Positions 25,217-33,256 of a stretch of DNA of 33,256 nucleotides are shown piece by piece. The notes under the pieces were generated by a model. That model was not told where the DNA came from. It did no database searches and saw nothing but the letters and a program-made list of their open reading frames with translations. Position numbers and translations under genes: made by a program. Each line of letters starts with the position of its first letter. The stretch's first letter is position 1. Origin of the DNA: Helicobacteraceae bacterium (GTDB lineage: Bacteria > Campylobacterota > Campylobacteria > Campylobacterales > Sulfurimonadaceae); contig CANMHZ010000001.1 of assembly GCA_947497635.1 (NCBI GenBank), forward strand, positions 1 to 33,256. The letters are read 5' to 3'.

Positions 25217-26011
25217 ATGAAGCCATTTATATTTTCGTTAGTAACCATTCTATTTTTAGGCGGATGTGTTCCGCAACCCTCTACTACCGCCCCGAAAAGT
25301 TGTATAAATAACACACAATTAAATTCGTATAGCTATGAATATCTATCCCGTGTAGCCAAATTATTACGTGAAGATAAAAAGAATATTGAATCTTTTGAAA
25401 TCTTTATTAATGCACTAAAAGGGAGTGTTGACGGGTATTCTCAGATGATTAAATCGAGTGTTTATATCAGTAATGCTGTCCGATATTTACCGATACCTTA
25501 CGCTGGTGAAGTGTCTAATACCACTAAACTTATATCCAAAACGATTTTAAATCTAGGGGGAGCGGCTAAATCACTGGATCAATATAAAAAAAGTTCTAAT
25601 AATTTTTTAGAGAACTTTGACAAATTAAGTCCAACGAATGCTAAATCATCGGAAATAATAAAAGTAGCAATTTATGCCGATACCCAACTGTTAACTGATG
25701 CTAATAATCTTCAAATGGCATTAAGGGAAATTTCTTCTTCCACAGCGATGATGGCTGCAATAACTCAAACCATTGCCGATACACTCGATACAACCAATGG
25801 ATATCTCAATCAAGCAAAAAGTTGGGCTGGTCTATCTCAGCCCGCTGCGGATGATAGTATAAAAGTATTGCAAAATCATACTTCAATGAATACTCGTGTT
25901 GCACAGTTAAACCAAAAAATTGCTTCTTTAGAAAATAGTGCTGAAACCCATCGTCGTAACATTGAAAAGGCTCGTATTTATGCCGAGTTAGCTCTACAAC
26001 TTGAAAAGTAA
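25217..26011 (+). CDS. Hypothetical lipoprotein, predicted helical/coiled-coil
   Basis: Signal peptide II MKPFIFSLVTILFLGG-C, AAGGA RBS, C-terminal heptads RVAQLNQKIASLE. Confidence 0.75.
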   Translation: MKPFIFSLVTILFLGGCVPQPSTTAPKSCINNTQLNSYSYEYLSRVAKLLREDKKNIESFEIFINALKGSVDGYSQMIKSSVYISNAVRYLPIPYAGEVSNTTKLISKTILNLGGAAKSLDQYKKSSNNFLENFDKLSPTNAKSSEIIKVAIYADTQLLTDANNLQMALREISSSTAMMAAITQTIADTLDTTNGYLNQAKSWAGLSQPAADDSIKVLQNHTSMNTRVAQLNQKIASLENSAETHRRNIEKARIYAELALQLEK

Positions 26012-26016
26012 ATTTT

Positions 26017-26400
26017 TTATTTATCCATCATACGGCTGTCAATTTCAATAACCGTGTGTACATTCCCACGCGGATAATAGTCAGCAATCACTTTTAAGTG
26101 CTTAGGAGCGATTTTATCTTCAAAGAGGCTATAAATCTCATTAGCACCGTTTTCGTGTGAAATATGACGGTTTCTGAACGAATTAATATAGAGTTTGATA
26201 GCCTTGAGTTCCGCCACCCATTTATCAGGCGTATATTCGATATAGATCGTTGCAAAATCGGGATAACCACTGCGAGGACAAAGACACGTAAACTCAGGTA
26301 ATGTCACTTTGACAACATAATCACGTGCGTGAGCATTGGGCCAAATCTCAAAATCTTTTTCAACATCGAAATTTTCAACTATTTGTTCGCCGTATTTCAT
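26017..26400 (-). CDS. queF: PreQ0 (7-cyano-7-deazaguanine) reductase, type I
   Basis: PEFTCLCPRSGYPDFA, ELKAIKLY, SFRNRHISHE and PRGN motifs. Confidence 0.96.
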   Translation of the reverse strand: MKYGEQIVENFDVEKDFEIWPNAHARDYVVKVTLPEFTCLCPRSGYPDFATIYIEYTPDKWVAELKAIKLYINSFRNRHISHENGANEIYSLFEDKIAPKHLKVIADYYPRGNVHTVIEIDSRMMDK

Positions 26401-27814
26401 TTTAGTACCTCTTTTATATTTTCATTGATATTGGTAATTTTACCGTGATAGTTACCTTGTCGGTAGTTAATTTTCAAATGTTTTGCAATTTTATCACTCT
26501 CAGCATCTTCAATCATACCAATCCATGTAATAGCACCACATAAATGAGCCGTAATATTAAGTCCTTGTATTATATTTTGATACTTTTCTTCTTTGATATG
26601 ACGTGAATACAAAAGATCAAACCGGACAAAATCAACTTGAAATTCCTTAAGATACATCAAAGTAATATGATTCCCCCCAAAACGATCCAAACCAATTTTA
26701 TACCCTACTGCACGATATTGCGCAATTTGTTCCTTGAAACGTTTAATATTAGGAGAATATTCTTTCTCATCCAAGACTAAAATAATTTTATTTTGTGCTT
26801 CAGGATAACGCTGTAAAAATTCTAGTGCACGCTGAAAAAATAAACTATTGCGTAAAGTTGCCGCTGAAAGGGTGATAACATGAATAACTTCACCTTGAGC
26901 TGCCATTTTAACCACAATTTCAAGAAGATGTTCCTCATATTCCCTAAATTTTCCTATACGATTTAAAAAAGGGACAAATCGACTTTGATGAAGATAATTT
27001 CCATTTTCATCCATTAATTTGAAAGTGACTTCAACAATAGAAGCTAATTCACAACAAATTATTTGTGTTGCAACAGAATAACGGCGATATTCTAATGCTC
27101 TCAATACTGAATACTCAAGTTCAGAGGGGATAACTTTATCATCGTAATCATCTTCAATTTTTTTATCTTTTTGAAAATATTGAAGTTCATATAGACGCGT
27201 TAAAACTTCCTCTTGATCTTTAAAAAATTTATTATCTAAACTAACCACTGAAAAGGCTATTTCAATTTCATGAATACTATTTTCTCTATATTTTGCACAA
27301 AAAAGCTCAAGTAATGAACTGTAATTTTCTTTTTCGCCCAATAATAAAAGTATAAAACTACCCCCCTTATATTTACAAATAGGTAGTTTTTTTATCTCTT
27401 TAAGGGCAAAAAAATCATTAATTTGAATAACAGCCTCTTTTAAAATAAAATCACCATTTTTCATTCCATAACGCTCATTAATAAGAGCAAGATTATCAAT
27501 AGTGATCAGAACAAGAGTGCACGTTTGTGTTTTACTCCAACGATTATACAGTTTAAAAAAATACTCTGGAGTAAAGGTATAGGTAACCGAGTCAGTGATA
27601 CGTTCATAACTACTTTGATTAATTAAAAAAAATATAAAATAAATTGCCATTGCCAGTAAAATAAGAGAAAGAATTATTAATGATGAAAGAGTTGTATGAA
27701 GTTGTGAAAAAAGGGTGAAAAGGCTCACAGCACTGAGTAAAAAGATGGGTAATCCCATCCGAAGTGCTAGTACAAAACGGTGAGAACGCTCTTTTTCTTC
27801 CGTATAAAAAGCCA

Positions 27815-27815
<1 letters not shown>
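26397..27815 (-). CDS. Membrane-anchored GGDEF-EAL protein with both domains degenerate
   Basis: Two N-terminal TM helices. INERYGMKNGD is followed by YKGGSF in place of GGDEF. The EAL half has EVT in place of EAL and LDRFGGNH in place of DDFGTG, and ends YRQGNY. Confidence 0.8.
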
Positions 27816-30160
<2,345 letters not shown>

Positions 30161-30188
30161 TTAGCGCAAATAAACTAAAAGAGAAGTT

Positions 30189-31256
30189 TCAAATAACTAT
30201 AGGCATTACTATGGTTTTGAAATTTTCGCTTTTAAGTACAAAAGGTTGATTGGACTCATTGGCTTCAAGGATAAAATCATTAGTATTGATTTGTCCTAAA
30301 AAATCTAATATATAACGACTATTAATAGCTAAAAGAAAAGGAGTGTCAAACCCATTTTCAATTTCTAATGTTGTTTTTGCTTCAATATTATCGTCACTTA
30401 AACTTTCAAATAAAATTGAATTTTTTTCAAAAGTTAGTTTTATATCATTTGATATAGTAGTAATTTGTTTAATAGAGTTAATAAACGATGCTTTATTTAA
30501 GGTAATAGACTTAGACGCTTCTTTTGGAATAATTCTATTGTAATCAGGAAATTTGCCGTTAATAAGCTTTGTAAAAAAGAGTGAATTCTCTGATTTAATT
30601 ACAAGATGGGTATTGTCATAATAGATCTCAATACTCGTAGCAAATAATTTTTGAATTTCAATAATTGCTTTTTTAGGAACAATGATGGATAGCTCATATT
30701 CATTTTGATTTTCTATACGAACTAATGCTAAACGACGGGTATCCGTAGAAACAAAATTAATTTGATTCATTTTAATATCAATTAATGCCCCATTTAGCTC
30801 GAATTTTGGATTATTGGTATCGGTAGCGGGTGTAATTTTTTTTAGAGATTCAATAAGTATCTGAGAATCAATAGCAATATTCGGCTTTTCTTCAATAGAG
30901 GGGAAAGGTGGAAATTCATTACTTTTATACGTTGGTAATTTAAAATTAGATCGTTTTTGTCGAATATGCAAATTATCTTTAATAAGTTCTAAATCAATTT
31001 CTTCATCTTTTAAAATACGAATAATATCAAGTAATTTTTTACCATTAGCCGTTACGGAACCTGATTCAATTGCAGTATAGGCATGTGTTTGTAAGGTAAG
31101 TCCTATTTCATAATCAGTAGCTTTTGCACTTAAAATTTTACCATCACTGATTAAGAGAATATGTGAAGTAATTTGAGAGGTATCTTTCTTTTCTAAAAAA
31201 GGTTGCAAATGGAGTAACATATTTTCTAAAACGGACTTATCTATAGTTATTTTCAT
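30189..31256 (-). CDS. dnaN: DNA polymerase III beta sliding clamp
   Basis: ATDYEIGL, GKKLLDI, STDTRRL, GKFPDY and VMPI motifs; located between dnaA and gyrB. Confidence 0.97.
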   Translation of the reverse strand: MKITIDKSVLENMLLHLQPFLEKKDTSQITSHILLISDGKILSAKATDYEIGLTLQTHAYTAIESGSVTANGKKLLDIIRILKDEEIDLELIKDNLHIRQKRSNFKLPTYKSNEFPPFPSIEEKPNIAIDSQILIESLKKITPATDTNNPKFELNGALIDIKMNQINFVSTDTRRLALVRIENQNEYELSIIVPKKAIIEIQKLFATSIEIYYDNTHLVIKSENSLFFTKLINGKFPDYNRIIPKEASKSITLNKASFINSIKQITTISNDIKLTFEKNSILFESLSDDNIEAKTTLEIENGFDTPFLLAINSRYILDFLGQINTNDFILEANESNQPFVLKSENFKTIVMPIVI

Positions 31257-31446
31257 AACGTATCTCCTTATTATTTATAGAGTACTAATAGCTAGTAGTA
31301 GTAGTAAGGGGGTGTGAATGTGTGAATAACTTCATTCAAGCCCGTATCTTAGGGGTGAATAGATGTGATCAAAAGGAAAGTTTTCATTCACACCTATTCA
31401 CATCTTGAATTATAGCTTTTTTAAAATCTCTTTACAAATAAAAATT
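31257..31446. other. oriC: oriC2 (unwinding sub-origin): DnaA-trios, G-run and DnaA boxes
   Basis: AT-rich cluster, (TAG)4TAA at 31293-31307, G5 at 31308-31312, tandem boxes TGTGAATGT/TGTGAATAA at 31313-31329, then GGTGAATAG 31354, TCATTCACA 31384 and CTATTCACA 31394. Confidence 0.88.
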
Positions 31447-32781
31447 TTAGTCAGTTGTCAAGGTAGAAACTTTATTTGAAAGCTCATCTACTTTTATTTT
31501 AAAATCTTCATCGTTTTTCATTAGTTCTTGAATCTTTTTCATCGTATGACTGACGGCGGTATGATCTTTCATTCCAAAATACTGAGCCAGTTGAGGCATT
31601 GAGTTAGGAGTAAGATTACGAGAAAGATAAATAGCTATTCTACGTGCATAAACAATATTGCTATTACGGCTTTTAGAACGAATTTCACTGGCTTTGACAT
31701 TGAGTTCTTTAGAAACGATTTCCATAATAGTGTCAATAGTTATATTACTTCGTTTTTCGGCTATTTGTTCTTTGAGAACGTTACGGGCAAATTGAATATT
31801 AATATCTACCCCCATTAGTTGAGAATAGGCGTTAAGTTTGGAAAGAATTCCTTCAATTTCACGTGTATTATTTTCAATAATAGTTGCAACGTAATTAATG
31901 ACCTCTTTATCAAGTTTAACGCGATTTATTTCACACTTTTTCTTGATAATCTCGATTTTTGTTTCAAGTTCAGGAGGTTGAATATCAGCAACCAACCCCC
32001 ATTCAAAGCGGCTTTTGAGACGTTCTTCAAGACCAGCGATTTTTTTAGGATGTTTATCAGAAGTAATAATAATTTGCTTATTTTCATTGCGTAATGCTTC
32101 AAAAGTATGAAAAAATTCCTCCTGAATCTGGTTTTTGCCACTTAAAAATTGAATATCGTCAATGAGAAGCAAATCACATTTTCGATATTTATCTTTAAAT
32201 CGATCCATTGTACGGTTGCTCAAATGACGGCTAAAATCGTTCAAAAATTGTTCAACCGAAGTATAAATAACAACTTTACCTTGTGCCGCCATCACATTTC
32301 CGACGGCCTGCATAAGGTGAGTTTTTCCTAAGCCAACACCACCATAAATGAAGAGGGGATTATAGACAATTCCTGGTTTTTCACTGACACTTTTGGAAGC
32401 GACATACGCAAAATTATTGGATCCCCCAACGACAAAATTTTGGAAAGTATAGGAGGGATTAAGGAGAGTGTGCGGTAGTTTTTCACCTTGAACAGGCGTT
32501 GCTACAGGAATATTTGGCGTGTTCGACGATAAATTACCTTTTTTAACACAAACAGTAACGGTAGGTTTCACCCCTGTTTTGATTTCAAAAAGATGAGAAA
32601 TCTTATTTGAGTATTTTGTTTGTATCCAATTGGCAATAAGTGGATTTGGCGCATGAAAAATAGCCAAATTACTTTTAGATTCTTCTTCATCGTACTGAAG
32701 CTGTTTTATATAACGTTTATAGTCGACTTCGCTAATTTCATTTTTTAGCATTTGTAATACCATGCCACCAATGTTATTCAT
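31447..32781 (-). CDS. dnaA: Chromosomal replication initiator
   Basis: YTFQNFVVG, NPLFIYGGVGLGKTHL, LLIDDIQF, RLKSRFEWG, REIEG and KDHTAVSH motifs. Start set at ATG 32781 (GAGGA RBS). Confidence 0.98.
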   Translation of the reverse strand: MNNIGGMVLQMLKNEISEVDYKRYIKQLQYDEEESKSNLAIFHAPNPLIANWIQTKYSNKISHLFEIKTGVKPTVTVCVKKGNLSSNTPNIPVATPVQGEKLPHTLLNPSYTFQNFVVGGSNNFAYVASKSVSEKPGIVYNPLFIYGGVGLGKTHLMQAVGNVMAAQGKVVIYTSVEQFLNDFSRHLSNRTMDRFKDKYRKCDLLLIDDIQFLSGKNQIQEEFFHTFEALRNENKQIIITSDKHPKKIAGLEERLKSRFEWGLVADIQPPELETKIEIIKKKCEINRVKLDKEVINYVATIIENNTREIEGILSKLNAYSQLMGVDINIQFARNVLKEQIAEKRSNITIDTIMEIVSKELNVKASEIRSKSRNSNIVYARRIAIYLSRNLTPNSMPQLAQYFGMKDHTAVSHTMKKIQELMKNDEDFKIKVDELSNKVSTLTTD

Positions 32782-32793
32782 ATTATTCCTCAC

Positions 32794-32912
32794 CTATGTG
32801 AATAGTGTTGAGGAATAATAGCAATATTCGCCTATAATTAGGGATAAATTTAATGTGAATATCTTTATTCACACCTGTGAATAAGTTTTGAATATATGTG
32901 AATGGAATAGTA
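32794..32912. other. oriC: oriC1: DnaA-box cluster between dnaA and ruvC
   Basis: TGTGAATAG 32797, TGTGAATAT 32854, TTATTCACA 32865, TGTGAATAA 32876 and TGTGAATGG 32897. Confidence 0.82.
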
Positions 32913-33256
32913 ATGACAATTTTAGGGATAGATCCAGGGACACGCAACTGTGGATATGCATTAATAAAGATAGAAGGTCAAAAATTTAAACTGGTTGAAG
33001 CAGGACTTATTAAAATAAAAGCAGAAGGATTACAATACCAAATCCCGCAGATGGTTGAAGCACTCGAACATCTTTTTAAACTTCATACTATTGATGAAGT
33101 CGCTATGGAAGATATTTTTTATGCTCATAATCCTAAGACAGTATTGAAATTAGCGCAATTTCGAGGGGCAATTATGCTCAAAATTTTACAAGAGCATGGA
33201 ATGTTTGCTGAATATACAGCACTCCAAGTCAAAAAAGCGTTAACCGGGAAAGCAAA
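32913..33256 (+). CDS. ruvC: Holliday junction resolvase, 3' end runs off the window
   Basis: Manual translation gives [16 protein letters not shown]...[24 protein letters not shown]...[14 protein letters not shown]. The gene is divergent from dnaA. Confidence 0.95.
   Translation, partial: MTILGIDPGTRNCGYALIKIEGQKFKLVEAGLIKIKAEGLQYQIPQMVEALEHLFKLHTIDEVAMEDIFYAHNPKTVLKLAQFRGAIMLKILQEHGMFAEYTALQVKKALTGKA

Noticed and set aside
25074-26011. Genomic island integrated at tRNA-Ala
   Set aside because: No integrase and no duplicated tRNA 3' end (GGTCCACCA) was seen, and only one gene separates the tRNA from queF.
31293-31307. (TAG)n as a microsatellite or CRISPR-like repeat
   Set aside because: Position and context identify it as DnaA-trios; no repeat-spacer array was seen anywhere in the window.

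Overview
This is a chromosomal origin-proximal region of a Campylobacterota (epsilonproteobacterial) genome, probably a Sulfuricurvum/Sulfurimonas-like sulfur oxidiser; the taxon is inferred from gene order, DnaA-box type and protein style. From left to right it holds: a partial maf glycosyltransferase; a complete pseudaminic-acid operon pseBCFGHI with a sigma54 site; a stand-alone fliD with a sigma28 site; a Suv3-like helicase; a yajQ/HD-GYP/HTH-coiled-coil/HD-GYP operon; an FrdAB/SdhAB pair with no adjacent membrane anchor and an unannotated 32-aa acidic ORF between the two genes; an AEC transporter; a DUF6516(TumE)-HTH toxin-antitoxin pair followed by palindromes; a 2-hydroxyacid dehydrogenase; purT; rpsU; dnaG; a PP-loop sulfurtransferase-like gene; a degenerate GGDEF protein; a SPOR protein; tRNA-Ala(GGC); a lipoprotein; queF; a degenerate GGDEF-EAL protein; gyrB; dnaN; a bipartite oriC around dnaA; and partial ruvC. 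Most of the window is housekeeping. The best candidates for undescribed biology are the frdA-smORF-frdB module, the c-di-GMP operon with an HTH-coiled-coil protein, a 12-bp inverted repeat covering the dnaA RBS, and three apparently leaderless genes. No CRISPR array, integrase or transposase was seen. All calls are by eye and no database searches were run.
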